Shown: in pieces, positions 51,101 through 60,413 of the stretch
How the letters are laid out: the number at the start of each line of letters is the position of its first letter
How positions within the stretch are numbered: the stretch's first letter is position 1
IMG/VR virus record: IMGVR_UViG_3300030451_005868
Coordinates: 18,669-82,668 of that record
Direction: 5' to 3' (one strand)
DNA: 64,000 bases
From: a virus
Made by a program: the position numbers and the translations under genes
The notes under the pieces: generated by a model
What the model saw: only the letters and a program-made list of their open reading frames with translations
Databases searched by the model: none
Told to the model about the DNA's origin: nothing

Positions 51101-51652
51101 AGTTGCAATTCCACCTATATTGTCTGATTCTCTAGGCTTACCAATTATCTGTCCTGTTTGATTTGCCGCATTCAATATTGCTGTAAATTGTTCATTGTAA
51201 TTTGAATTAGCAGAATCATTCCAAATGATTGTTGAGTTTGCAAGATTCGTTCCTGTCGAATCTAGGACGTCTTGTGTTGTCTGGATTGAGTCTACTTTTA
51301 ACAAGCCAGTTGCAGGTTGATTACGTTTTGAATTGTAACTAACTAATCTGGCCAATCTTAAAATTGAGTTACGTCTTTCTGCGGTTTCCAGGAAATTTTC
51401 TCTGGCATTTAGATCAACTCTAAATGACAGTGCCTGTGCCATGTATGCAATTAGATCAATAAGTGCCACATACTCAGAACTTTCAACAAAATCATTGAAA
51501 TCATCTGGATAATTTTCACGTAGATATGCCACCATTGTTCTACGAAGTGTTTCAAAGTCGTAACTTTTAAAATCTGCCTGTTGGAAAGCCTGATAAATCT
51601 TACGCCAATCCTCGGCTACAAGTAATCTGTTTTGTCTGTCTGTAGTGGCCAT
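48152..51652 (-). CDS. Baseplate wedge subunit, gp6-like
   Basis: YDFETLR, LIDLIAY, RENFLETAERRNSILRLA, FGDGNF, TQNRMITGEDY. Confidence 0.85.
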   Translation of the reverse strand: MATTDRQNRLLVAEDWRKIYQAFQQADFKSYDFETLRRTMVAYLRENYPDDFNDFVESSEYVALIDLIAYMAQALSFRVDLNARENFLETAERRNSILRLARLVSYNSKRNQPATGLLKVDSIQTTQDVLDSTGTNLANSTIIWNDSANSNYNEQFTAILNAANQTGQIIGKPRESDNIGGIATDIYTLASNQLDLPIFNFSASIGGPTRNFEIVPSTITDSESIYESAPVNGTGLTYCYRNDGSGDSSNNTGFFFLFKQGTISYEDFNVPFATTNYVKNITASNINNSDVWLYSVNEFGQFIAQWKQVPALSGNNAIYNSLSKGERNIYNVVTKASDTIDLVFGDGNFSNIPLGRFRTYYRQSDNAKFAIQPSDIQNVQINVPYIDLNGSQQTLTVTMSLKNSVFNGAASESNSSIRTKAAQVYYTQNRMITGEDYQIAPLNASQEIIKVRSVNRSASGISRAKEILDPTGAYSNVNVFADDGLIYREESTQQFTFSFNNRNSINETITADIEAKIKNPYSRHFYYLKYASKDLSSLNATWNSTTTSTNTNTGYFTSGGALAIGDQATSNFKFAKPGALVKFTSPDTREFLNDILVTAGTENAEDRAWAKIGAVEGDGANAGVGNLESGEGPVTLAQIIPNGSVVNSVIPNLTTTFNNILKDNIIDRIEAYEDFGLRYDIDTETWKVITSTNLSASNIFSLANTGDESDGNLDASWWFKLTNDGSTYTVTYRSLEYVFESEGQNKFHYDTQDKIYDYKTGNVVYDTIKILSTNSIVSTGNSIGYPLTWAVTDTVTESDGFQDNRKIKIGFYDSDDDGVVDNPELFDIFVEPDTSITNKFVFFEKYLSYNNIERFRPYAATNFIVSENETDINLSTTAYTDGQLFYFYDQEEDVVKKYSSTTNTLTTSTDYIARRGRSGINFQYKHHAGQETRIDPAVSNIIDLYLLERSYDNLYRIWLQDGGTEPTPATGDQLRINYSSSLDKIKSLSDQIIYHPVKYKILFGTRAEENLQATFKIVKNPVTKTSDAVIKTRIIAAINEFFALDNWDFGDSFYFTELAAYVHQQLAPDLLTLLIVPNQSGQGFGSLFQIDSAADEIFISGATVDDVSIISAVGANQLVASGSVVTSTSSNTTSTSSGSVSGSAVSGSTTTSSGSSSSSGSSGSGY

Positions 51653-51666
51653 ACTGTTTGTATGGA

Positions 51667-51674
51667 TATTTATA
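51667..51674 (-). promoter_or_regulatory. T4-type late promoter
   Basis: Exact TATAAATA on the minus strand, 14 nt before the gp6-like ATG. Confidence 0.7.
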
Positions 51675-51694
51675 TATTAAATTAACGGCGTATA

Positions 51695-52108
51695 TTAAGA
51701 TAGACGCAGAAGTGCGTTTTCGTCAAAAGAGAAGCGTAATTTTTCAGTGATATCTAGTGGTAGATAACGTATACTGGCCTGTATTGATATGCCTCGATCT
51801 GCTTCTGTGAGTGTGATATCGTCTGTGGCAATACGTGGATCTGCATTCAAATTCTGTGTTACGTCCTCTACTATGGCTTCCTTTAGTTCTTCTGTGAGAG
51901 GTTCAAACAGAACATCATAGATTATCGTACCAAATTCTGGATTTTCAACCCTTTCGCCCTTACGCACAGACAGTCTGTTGATTAAATCTTGCTTGGCACA
52001 TTCAAAGTCATATACTTTGAAATTCTGCTTGTCTGCTCGAGATGAAAATCCCTTGAATGTAACCTGACCGTTACCTGTACCTTCGCCTGTGTTTGATTCG
52101 TATGCCAT
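51695..52108 (-). CDS. Baseplate wedge subunit, gp25-like
   Basis: KQDLIN..RKGERVENPEFGTIIYDVLFEP..DPRI. Confidence 0.9.
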   Translation of the reverse strand: MAYESNTGEGTGNGQVTFKGFSSRADKQNFKVYDFECAKQDLINRLSVRKGERVENPEFGTIIYDVLFEPLTEELKEAIVEDVTQNLNADPRIATDDITLTEADRGISIQASIRYLPLDITEKLRFSFDENALLRLS

Positions 52109-52118
52109 ATACTATTAA

Positions 52119-54281
52119 TTATCCTGATATAACCGGACGCTGGTCATCATCATTTCTTTTTTCCAATACCTGTTGTCTGGCTTCATAACTCATACTTTGA
52201 AACCTTTGCTGTCTTTGTTTTAGTTCTTTGTAGAATTTGGCTTTGGCTTCGTTCCATCCCGGAAAACTGCCTGGGAAATTTGGATCAACTTTCAATCCAA
52301 ACTTGTTTAACAATTGGTTACGACGTTGATCAACCACTACACTTCCAGATGCCGCTACGCCTCCATATAAATTTCCTTCCAATTCTAGCCACTCATTGTC
52401 ATAGAGTTCTGTGTATAGATCACCTCTGTCCTGGCCAGATTCTCGAAGTTTTGGTTGCATGTAGAAAGGATCAAAATTAAATCTAACAGGTTGAGCACTC
52501 TCACTTTGAAAGCCATACCGTTTCCATGGTTCATGTGTAACAAATGCCGCACCTGCTTGATCAGGTTTGTTGTACAACTGTCTTTTTCTCAGACCTTCAT
52601 AAAATTCTTTCTTCTTTTGTTCAATATTACCCACACCAAATTCTTTGTCCATAAAAGGAGTTTGTAGTCCCAATGATTTTATTATTTGATTGACACGTAA
52701 TTCATATTGTGGCTGACTAAGATCACTGCTGGCTCCCAAGCCTGCTCCAGGACTAACAACACTTGGATTTAATTGTTCCAATTCGTCCCAGATATTTTCT
52801 GCCTTGAATGATTGTCCTGAGGGTTGCACATAAGTTGGATCAAGATCGCCTGGCCATGATCCTCTTTGTAGCGTGGTATCAGCCACTGATGTTTTGTTTT
52901 CAACTTCGTTGCGTTCACCTGTTGTTGCATCTATTCCGCCAAATGATTCAATGTCTATCAATCCTTCTTTAATTACAATATTGATTTTTTCGTGTTCGGG
53001 CACCATCCAACCAGGACCCCATGTTTCTTGTGCGGCCACACTGTTGAAGTGTACCTGTTCTCCTGCAAGATCAATTCTGCCGTCTGCTCCGTGCAATTGT
53101 ACTCCTTTGGCAAAACTTGTAATATTTTCTTTGGCAAAATCACTGACGCTTCCGTTCTGTGACGCAGTTAGCACTCCACTATCTCCCATAGCATGAATAA
53201 ATTTTTCTGCGTTCAAGTTGATGTCTTTTTCTGCTGTGAATTTTATAGATTCTCTGGCATGAAAATGTATGTTTTTGTCAGCATGGAGATTGAAGTCTGC
53301 TTCTGTTCTAAGCGCAATGCCTCCTTGAGCATATATGGCAATCCTTCCAGTTTCATCCATTTCTAAAAATGTAAGGCCCGACTTGTTTGCAATGTATATC
53401 ACGCCTTCGTCATCGTTAAGTAACACTTGATGTCCACCACCTGTACGCAGTCTTATCTGTCTATTCTCGCCAAAATCATCACCGTCGTCCATCACAAAAC
53501 TATGTCCTATTTCTCTGTCAGCAGACACCGGTGAACCCGCAACTCCTATGTTGTATGTTCTTGAATCTGCTCTCAATGCTCCAGGAGTACTGACTCCAAA
53601 CACACGACTAGGTGTTTCTCTACGTGCTGAACTACTGGTTGTGCCTCTCACAGTGTCTTGAATTAAACCTTGGTTTAATAATTGTTCTGCAAGATCTTTC
53701 TGAACAGGATATCTAATACTGTTGATTCCGTCATCTAATAGTCTACGATTTTTTTCTGCAACAGGCAAAAAGTCCGTGCCATAATTGATTACATCTCCAG
53801 GTGAACGCCTTGCGGCGGCTCTTGTGCCTGTCTGTTCAGCGGCAACAAACACTTCACTGCTGGAAGCATATCCTGGCACTTGATAATTTGTTTCTGGTTG
53901 TTGTACACAGCCAATCCAAAAAGCATTTCTCCTATTGGCTTCTCCTTTGGCAAAAATTACCAACACTTCTGTGTCCACATCAGGTGGCACAAACCAAAAA
54001 CCATAACTGCTCTGTGTGCCTCTGTGATCTATACTGTCACTTTTTGACACTGTGCCCAGTGGCTTGGCGCCGTAGAAAGGTGAAAGATACTGACACCAAA
54101 TCACTTGCTCCACTGTGGGATCATTTGTTTTTGTGATGTCAGGAATGTTGACACCCAGTCTGCCTTGAAATGTGGGATCGTTGGTAAACTTTACCACACC
54201 CACAAACGGACCGGCATCACTGCCAGCAAATTTTTCTTTGAAATCTTTTCTATTGTCTTGTGTGTCTACAAACCCTGTCAT
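52119..54281 (-). CDS. Baseplate hub/spike, gp5-like with N-terminal OB-fold
   Basis: DPTFQGRLGVNIP, YGFWFVPPDVDTEVLVIF, GHSFVMDDG..IRLRTGGGHQ. Confidence 0.75.
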   Translation of the reverse strand: MTGFVDTQDNRKDFKEKFAGSDAGPFVGVVKFTNDPTFQGRLGVNIPDITKTNDPTVEQVIWCQYLSPFYGAKPLGTVSKSDSIDHRGTQSSYGFWFVPPDVDTEVLVIFAKGEANRRNAFWIGCVQQPETNYQVPGYASSSEVFVAAEQTGTRAAARRSPGDVINYGTDFLPVAEKNRRLLDDGINSIRYPVQKDLAEQLLNQGLIQDTVRGTTSSSARRETPSRVFGVSTPGALRADSRTYNIGVAGSPVSADREIGHSFVMDDGDDFGENRQIRLRTGGGHQVLLNDDEGVIYIANKSGLTFLEMDETGRIAIYAQGGIALRTEADFNLHADKNIHFHARESIKFTAEKDINLNAEKFIHAMGDSGVLTASQNGSVSDFAKENITSFAKGVQLHGADGRIDLAGEQVHFNSVAAQETWGPGWMVPEHEKINIVIKEGLIDIESFGGIDATTGERNEVENKTSVADTTLQRGSWPGDLDPTYVQPSGQSFKAENIWDELEQLNPSVVSPGAGLGASSDLSQPQYELRVNQIIKSLGLQTPFMDKEFGVGNIEQKKKEFYEGLRKRQLYNKPDQAGAAFVTHEPWKRYGFQSESAQPVRFNFDPFYMQPKLRESGQDRGDLYTELYDNEWLELEGNLYGGVAASGSVVVDQRRNQLLNKFGLKVDPNFPGSFPGWNEAKAKFYKELKQRQQRFQSMSYEARQQVLEKRNDDDQRPVISG

Positions 54282-54321
54282 TTTTTTTATTTAAGTGCTA
54301 ATTTAAGTTTCATTTTTAATT

Positions 54322-56967
54322 TTATATTTCCACATTGACATCTACCCCGCCTGGACTCTGCTCGGACTTGTTGCCTTTTCTCATATCAGGCACGCCGTTA
54401 ATGCTCTTCCTAAATTGTTCATTTGCTAAAGGACTTTTATCTTCTGTCCTTTCTTCTGGTGTGCTTAACAATTTTTTATTTGCCGCCTTTACCAACACAG
54501 GAGGTATACCTTCACCGTCTTGATTGTTCAACCTTACACAGGTCAAGGTCTGTAAAAATTGTCCTTGATCAATATTGCTTTCAATTCTTGTGACCTCGTA
54601 CACGCCACTGAAAAATAAATTTCCATCATAGGTTGGATTACTGTCAGAAAATGTAAGACCTTTGTCCTCACGTGGATCTGTTGGCAGTCTATAATTAATC
54701 ATTATTTTTGGAGCGGCTGAATCTGCTCTAAAACTGCCTGTTTGATTGTCAAAATCTGATCTTGCGGAAGGTCTTCTACTTGCTGGAATAAATTGATCTT
54801 GGCAAATAAATGCAGGATCGCCCAATATCTGTAGTTCAACTCTCATCATGTCTTCCTGAGGATTTGTGAGGTAATCAAAAAATTCTTGAGATTTTGTGTC
54901 ATCACCGTCTGCGGTTTCCAGTAGGCTTTTGCCTTTCAATGTGGATGGATATTGTCTCAACGGCAGACGTTTTTCAGGTTGCTTTTCTAGTCCAAACAGA
55001 ACATTTTTGATTTTGTCTTTAAGTATAGGAAAAATTCCCGAGTTGGGTTTTTCAGGTTCATACACGTTACGTTTGTAGAATGCCGCCTTGTAAAATATAC
55101 GCAAGTTTTGAACATCTGTGTTTTCACCAGTGTAGATATAATTGTACACTCTTCTTGCGATTTTTTTTGACTGATCTGTTTTCAACGACATGCCTGGTTT
55201 AACCAACTTCAACACGTGTACCTTATAAGGCACTGCTCTAAAAGTGATTGTTTTTCTATGCATTTTGGTAATTCTATCCAATTTAGATGTGTCAGTCTGT
55301 ATAGATGTTTTGATTTTGAACCAGTCAATGTATTGATTGTCTACGACTGTCTGTTCAAACCCAGGTGCTCCAAGTTGTGCTTTCAACTCATCCTGTGTTT
55401 TGATTTCTTCGTCTTCCCCGATCACATTGGCTCTCCGTAAATATGTGGTCCAAAAATCCTCTGTGATATCTTTATATCCTTTGGCCTGTCTTAGTACATC
55501 TTCAAATATTTTCACTAACGAATGTAGACCTGAGCCATCACCATACACAGCATCTGGAAGTTCTCTTTCAGGCAATTTACGTTCACGTCTTCTTTGACTA
55601 CTTGTGGTTGCGCTTAATTCATCGTCTCCAATTAGTCCAATATCAATATCATCGTCATCACCTGTACGAACACTGTCTAGTATGCCTGCGGCAAAATTTT
55701 TCACTTTTGCTAGAATTCCGTGTTGGCTGGTAACTTCTGATCTAAACTCTTTGGCAAATTTTTCAACTGCTGGATCCATTTCAAACACATAGTGATCAAT
55801 ATACTCTCTGGCATTGTGTTCGTCTCTTTCAGCAACCTGCGAATCATACAACTGCTCGCTGACTTTTCTCATGATGCCTTTGGGTGTACGTCCTTGTAAC
55901 TTCAAAGTGGTACGTGGAAATTTGTAGCGATCATCAAAAGCCATGTCCTGATATCGCACAGCGATTACATCATATGTTGCGCCACCTTCGGTCACATCAA
56001 ATTCAACTCTGGATATCAGTATTGGAATTTTCCTTACGGTACCAAAGCCTTTATATTCTTTTCCGTTCTCATCAAATCCTTTGAATTCAATTGTCAACAA
56101 TAGAGGTGCATCCTGATAATCATCAAAACCGTTTAGTTGCGTGGCCGCTCTTATTTTTTCTGTCAATGTGATTGAAAAAGGCTCAACCATTTTGAATTCC
56201 ATTTTTGAAAAATCTGCTAGACTTCGCTCGGGACTTGGAGAAGTGGTTGATATAATGTTGACATTTTCAAAAAATATATCGTGTCCTCTTTTTAGTATTT
56301 CCACAGATTCATCTATGTCTTTTTTAGTGGCCTCTCTTTGACGTTGTTCGTTGGGATTACCGGTAGGTTCAGATATTTTAAAAGTACTATAAGTGGCGTC
56401 ACCGCCTATACCACTTGATCGCGCCACCACATCATGCACAGGGTTTTTCAAATATGACTGACTGTCTAATTCTCCTTGTGTAATTCCACTAAGTGTGAAT
56501 AGGGTGTTGTAAGACGCAAAATTGTGTAGAACATTTTCGTCCTTGAACGGATGATATTGGTTATATTTTAAGGCACTGCCTTGCCTTACTCTACGAGAAT
56601 CATTTTTAGCAAATCCATAGGCAGTATTTGGCCCAAGATCATCATAGTCGTTGAGATTGGTGTTGTCTATAAAATCATTGTCGTTCAACCCTTCGTAGTC
56701 ATTTAGATTGGTAGGTTGAATGACACCTTCGTAGTCGTTGTTGTTGGTGTTTCTTATGAAGTCGTTTTCGTTTAGTCCTTCGTAGTCATTTTGATTTTTT
56801 GCCTCAACAAATGCAGTTTCTTGTCCTGCATAATCATTTAAATTTGTTCTACCTAGTTGAGTTCTTTTGGCTGTTCTACCATATCTACCTGTTTGAACAA
56901 CTCTGTCTCCCACTCCATTGTTGAACTGCCTTGATGGACGTTTTTTACTGCCTTTTTTGCCTGGCAT
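54322..56967 (-). CDS. Putative baseplate hub protein with N-terminal peptide repeats
   Basis: Between the gp53-like and gp5-like genes; LQILGDPAFI and FSGVYEVTRIES..GQFLQTL..RL are hub-like. Confidence 0.6.
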   Translation of the reverse strand: MPGKKGSKKRPSRQFNNGVGDRVVQTGRYGRTAKRTQLGRTNLNDYAGQETAFVEAKNQNDYEGLNENDFIRNTNNNDYEGVIQPTNLNDYEGLNDNDFIDNTNLNDYDDLGPNTAYGFAKNDSRRVRQGSALKYNQYHPFKDENVLHNFASYNTLFTLSGITQGELDSQSYLKNPVHDVVARSSGIGGDATYSTFKISEPTGNPNEQRQREATKKDIDESVEILKRGHDIFFENVNIISTTSPSPERSLADFSKMEFKMVEPFSITLTEKIRAATQLNGFDDYQDAPLLLTIEFKGFDENGKEYKGFGTVRKIPILISRVEFDVTEGGATYDVIAVRYQDMAFDDRYKFPRTTLKLQGRTPKGIMRKVSEQLYDSQVAERDEHNAREYIDHYVFEMDPAVEKFAKEFRSEVTSQHGILAKVKNFAAGILDSVRTGDDDDIDIGLIGDDELSATTSSQRRRERKLPERELPDAVYGDGSGLHSLVKIFEDVLRQAKGYKDITEDFWTTYLRRANVIGEDEEIKTQDELKAQLGAPGFEQTVVDNQYIDWFKIKTSIQTDTSKLDRITKMHRKTITFRAVPYKVHVLKLVKPGMSLKTDQSKKIARRVYNYIYTGENTDVQNLRIFYKAAFYKRNVYEPEKPNSGIFPILKDKIKNVLFGLEKQPEKRLPLRQYPSTLKGKSLLETADGDDTKSQEFFDYLTNPQEDMMRVELQILGDPAFICQDQFIPASRRPSARSDFDNQTGSFRADSAAPKIMINYRLPTDPREDKGLTFSDSNPTYDGNLFFSGVYEVTRIESNIDQGQFLQTLTCVRLNNQDGEGIPPVLVKAANKKLLSTPEERTEDKSPLANEQFRKSINGVPDMRKGNKSEQSPGGVDVNVEI

Positions 56968-56968
56968 G

Positions 56969-57268
56969 TTATACTCCTAGATCACGAGATATGTTGGCCG
57001 GCTTTGGCAATTTGATAGTTACTCCAGGTCTGAAATCGTAGATAGGATCCTCAATCTCATCTGGATTTCTTTGAGCAAACACCCACCATAATCTCGGTGT
57101 ACCATAAAGGTCAAATGCCAATAGATCTGGCCTATATGCATATGTTCTCTCTATGGTATAGGACTGATCATCTGTTTCGATTGCAAAACTACGTTTGACC
57201 AAAGGCTCCAGTGACAAATTATTTTGTGGTGTTTGAGCATAAGGTGATGTGTTAGAATATTTGGCCAT
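56969..57268 (-). CDS. Baseplate wedge protein, gp53/LysM-like
   Basis: YRPDLLAFDLYGTPRLWWVFAQRN..DPI.DF..G..IKLP. Confidence 0.8.
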   Translation of the reverse strand: MAKYSNTSPYAQTPQNNLSLEPLVKRSFAIETDDQSYTIERTYAYRPDLLAFDLYGTPRLWWVFAQRNPDEIEDPIYDFRPGVTIKLPKPANISRDLGV

Positions 57269-58098
57269 TAGATAAATCCTATAGTTTGATCTTTGCCAGA
57301 GCCAGATAGATTACCTTTTGCAAACTCACTAAGACTAAAGTTTTTGATTGAATTTCTTGAGTATACTGGTGTCACCAACACAGATATAAGTGACATTGTA
57401 GGTGCCCAAGTCTGTGCCTCATAGCCTTCTTCATCAAAATCATTGAATTGTTGTTTGTACACATTTGATTGTTTTGTTGATATGTAATCTATTCCAGATC
57501 TCAGTTCAACGTTGAACGTGTTGACCACCACTGGAACATTAGTAAACATGTGATCACCATAACCATTTAAATGTAGTATTGGTGGTGGATTGCCTTTCAG
57601 ACGTGACTCTTGTCCAAAAAACATTTTTGTGCAGGCACGTAAAAATTGTATCGTGGCTACCCAATGTTGAGCGTCTTTGTAATTTTGTACAGGAAATTCA
57701 CCAACTATGTTCATCTGATCAACTTGTGAATTTTGATATGCTTGAAACGGAAAATTAGAGTGTGTCTGTGCCAACGCATTGTAATTGGCCGAATGCTGTA
57801 TTACCATGGATGGCGTCAAAGGCCAAAACATTCCTCTTGACTCTACAAGTGGTTCCAACAATTTATTAGAACCATCGTCAAAAATTGCATTGTACAATTC
57901 ATCACCCTTGATTGGAATTGTCAAACGCACACGCCAGTCTCGGCTGTCTGCTCTACCACTCCATTTGGCTCGTGCTTCGGTGATACGTGAATCTCCCTGT
58001 ATTCCGGCACCTTTCAACCTAGCAAGTGTTTTGTTTATGGCTCCACCTGCTACTTTTTTAACTGTATTACCTACTTTGTCTATTAATCCTTTAACCAT
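57268..58098 (-). CDS. Putative tail tube initiator/baseplate protein
   Basis: FWPLTP, THSNFP, FLRACTKMFFG..GNPPPILHLNGYG..VPVVV; head of the baseplate module. Confidence 0.55.
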   Translation of the reverse strand: MVKGLIDKVGNTVKKVAGGAINKTLARLKGAGIQGDSRITEARAKWSGRADSRDWRVRLTIPIKGDELYNAIFDDGSNKLLEPLVESRGMFWPLTPSMVIQHSANYNALAQTHSNFPFQAYQNSQVDQMNIVGEFPVQNYKDAQHWVATIQFLRACTKMFFGQESRLKGNPPPILHLNGYGDHMFTNVPVVVNTFNVELRSGIDYISTKQSNVYKQQFNDFDEEGYEAQTWAPTMSLISVLVTPVYSRNSIKNFSLSEFAKGNLSGSGKDQTIGFI

Positions 58099-58145
58099 AA
58101 AATTTTTGGTTGTGTTTCCTTGTTAAATTTTGTATACTGTAACTA

Positions 58146-58153
58146 TATTTATA
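58146..58153 (-). promoter_or_regulatory. T4-type late promoter for the tail operon
   Basis: Exact TATAAATA on the minus strand in the divergent intergenic gap. Confidence 0.7.
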
Positions 58154-58240
58154 GGCACAATTTTAGGCGCACTTAATTACTCATACGGCACGATTCAACA
58201 GACCTGTTTGTGGTCACTTTAACTACATAGAAGGATAATT

Positions 58241-59227
58241 ATGAAACGAGTGAAGTACCTAAACAATCGAGATCTTTTGGCACAGATACATGCCAGTAAA
58301 AACACATACTGTTCATACGTTGCACCAGAGGACGCACAGTATGATTTAATATTGCCAAATCTCAAAAAAATTAATACTAGTGCCATTGCACAGGCACGAA
58401 AAGCCAGAGCCAAACGATTGACACAGGAGGCATGGGAGTCGGCCAAATCCGCCGGCGAGAAAAAAATACGATTGGTTGATTTCACAGTGTCCCCGAGAAA
58501 AATAGACAAAAAAGATCTAGTATTCAGAGTCATGACTTATGATCATATACCCATGGACAGTGAACGTAAAAAGAACCCAAAACAAAAAGCAGATCATCAC
58601 AGCAAGGTAAACTTTCCACCCTTTCAACATTTTAGGATTGATGAAAAAAATCGTCCCAAGTGTGTGGGCAAAAGTCACTGGCAAGGCGGAATGGTCAACG
58701 GTGCTTTCAGTGTTGATCACGGAAAAATCACCAACAGTTTGGCAATGATGTTTATGAAACTGTGTGAACGATACGGTACCAGAGCCAATTGGAGAGGTTA
58801 CACATACAATGACGAGATGCAGTCACAGGCATTGATGCAACTGTCACAGATTGGATTGCAATTTGATGAATCAAAATCTGAAAATCCTTTTGCATACTAC
58901 ACTGCCGCAATCACAAATTCATTCACGAGAATACTGAACATAGAAAAGAAAAATCAAGCAATCAGAGATGACTTGTTGGAAATGCACAATATGAATCCAT
59001 CATTTACAAGACAAAACGAAAACGAAAGAAACACAGCATCCTTTAAAAAACGTATGCAAAATGTTCATGGTGATGTAAAAACTGTAAACAAAACAGGCAT
59101 CGTGAAACTGAATAGACAGTTAAAGAAACAAGGCAAACTGACACAAGACGATTTCGAAGACGTGGGATACAAAAAAGTAGAATTGAAACCTGGACGTAAA
59201 CCTCCAGTGATACAAAAAAAATGGTAA
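58241..59227 (+). CDS. Late-transcription sigma factor, gp55-like
   Basis: YLNNRDL and NWRGYTYNDEM..FDESKSENPFAYYT..NSFTRILNIEKK match gp55 motifs; T4 order 55-47-46 is kept. Confidence 0.8.
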   Translation: MKRVKYLNNRDLLAQIHASKNTYCSYVAPEDAQYDLILPNLKKINTSAIAQARKARAKRLTQEAWESAKSAGEKKIRLVDFTVSPRKIDKKDLVFRVMTYDHIPMDSERKKNPKQKADHHSKVNFPPFQHFRIDEKNRPKCVGKSHWQGGMVNGAFSVDHGKITNSLAMMFMKLCERYGTRANWRGYTYNDEMQSQALMQLSQIGLQFDESKSENPFAYYTAAITNSFTRILNIEKKNQAIRDDLLEMHNMNPSFTRQNENERNTASFKKRMQNVHGDVKTVNKTGIVKLNRQLKKQGKLTQDDFEDVGYKKVELKPGRKPPVIQKKW

Positions 59228-59230
59228 CAT

Positions 59231-60253
59231 ATGTTTTTTAAAAAAGTTGCTTGTTTCACAGACATACACTTTGGATTGAAAGGTAACAGTCGTGTACACA
59301 ACGATGACTGCGAAGCATTTGTGTATTGGTTCATTGAACAGGCCAAGCAACATGGTTGTGAAACTGCAATTTTCCTAGGTGACTGGCATCACCACAGGTC
59401 AGCAACCAATGTGTCCACTATGAATTACACAGTGTCAAACATGGAAAGACTAGGTAAAGCATTTGAACAAGTGTATGTTATAATGGGCAATCATGATCTG
59501 TATTACAGAGACAAACGAGAAATAAACTCTATGGAATACATTAGAAACATTCCCAACATCAACATTGTAAACGACTGGATAGTCAAAGATGATGTTGCAA
59601 TTATTCCATGGGTGGTGGGTGACGAATGGAAAATTATACAAAAAATGAAACAAAAATATGTGTTTGGACACTTTGAACTGCCGTATTTTAAAATGAATGC
59701 AATGGTAGAAATGCCAGATGTGGGTGAACTGAAAGCAGATCATTTTGCAGACTGCGGTATGGTATTCTCAGGACACTTTCACAAACGACAACAAATGAAA
59801 AATGTCACATACATGGGCAATGCCTTTCCACACAACTATGCAGATGCATGGGATGACGACAGAGGTATGATGATATTGGAGTATGGCGGTGAACCAAAAT
59901 ATATCAATTGGCCCGACATGCCAAGATACATCACTATTAAAATCAGTGAGTTGTTGGAAGATCCTGAACAATATCTTAAACCAAAAATGTATGTGAGATG
60001 CACACTGGATATAAAAATCAGTTACGAAGAAGCAAACTTTATAAGAGAAACTTTCATAGACAAATATCAACTGCGTGAACTACAACTGATCCCTGAACAG
60101 GTTGAACAAGCACAACAACCCACTGTGGAAGTGCAAAAGTTTGACAGTGTGGACCAAATTGTGATCAAACAGTTGCAGGGTGTTGACAGTGAAACTTATG
60201 ACAAAAGTATATTAACAGCAATTTACAATGATCTAGATGTCTCGAGTCAGTAA
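59231..60253 (+). CDS. Recombination endonuclease subunit, gp47/Mre11/SbcD-like
   Basis: TDIHFG, LGDW, GNHD, GHFE, SGHFH metallophosphoesterase motifs. Confidence 0.92.
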   Translation: MFFKKVACFTDIHFGLKGNSRVHNDDCEAFVYWFIEQAKQHGCETAIFLGDWHHHRSATNVSTMNYTVSNMERLGKAFEQVYVIMGNHDLYYRDKREINSMEYIRNIPNINIVNDWIVKDDVAIIPWVVGDEWKIIQKMKQKYVFGHFELPYFKMNAMVEMPDVGELKADHFADCGMVFSGHFHKRQQMKNVTYMGNAFPHNYADAWDDDRGMMILEYGGEPKYINWPDMPRYITIKISELLEDPEQYLKPKMYVRCTLDIKISYEEANFIRETFIDKYQLRELQLIPEQVEQAQQPTVEVQKFDSVDQIVIKQLQGVDSETYDKSILTAIYNDLDVSSQ

Positions 60254-60413
60254 AAAGAAATTATTGAAAATATTAAAAGGTGAATATGAGTACAATGACT
60301 CATTGACCATGAACAAACAACAAATTTTTGACATGTTCAAAAATCCACCAACTCAAGAACAATGGTTAACTGGATACAAACAATGGAAAAGAAAACAAAG
60401 TGCTAACAATTAA
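60237..60413 (+). CDS. Small hypothetical protein, 58 aa (not in the ORF track)
   Basis: MSRVSKKKLLKILKGE...WKRKQSANN bridges gp47 and gp46, overlapping both. Confidence 0.5.
   Translation: MSRVSKKKLLKILKGEYEYNDSLTMNKQQIFDMFKNPPTQEQWLTGYKQWKRKQSANN

Noticed and set aside
56632-56847. CTTCGTAGTC repeats as a possible CRISPR-like array
   Set aside because: Short, in-frame and irregularly spaced; they encode the NDYEG peptide repeats
58151-58190. GGCAC-like repeats upstream of the sigma gene, and ATAGGCACA shared with 62966
   Set aside because: A 9-mer match is not significant in 64 kb without conservation data
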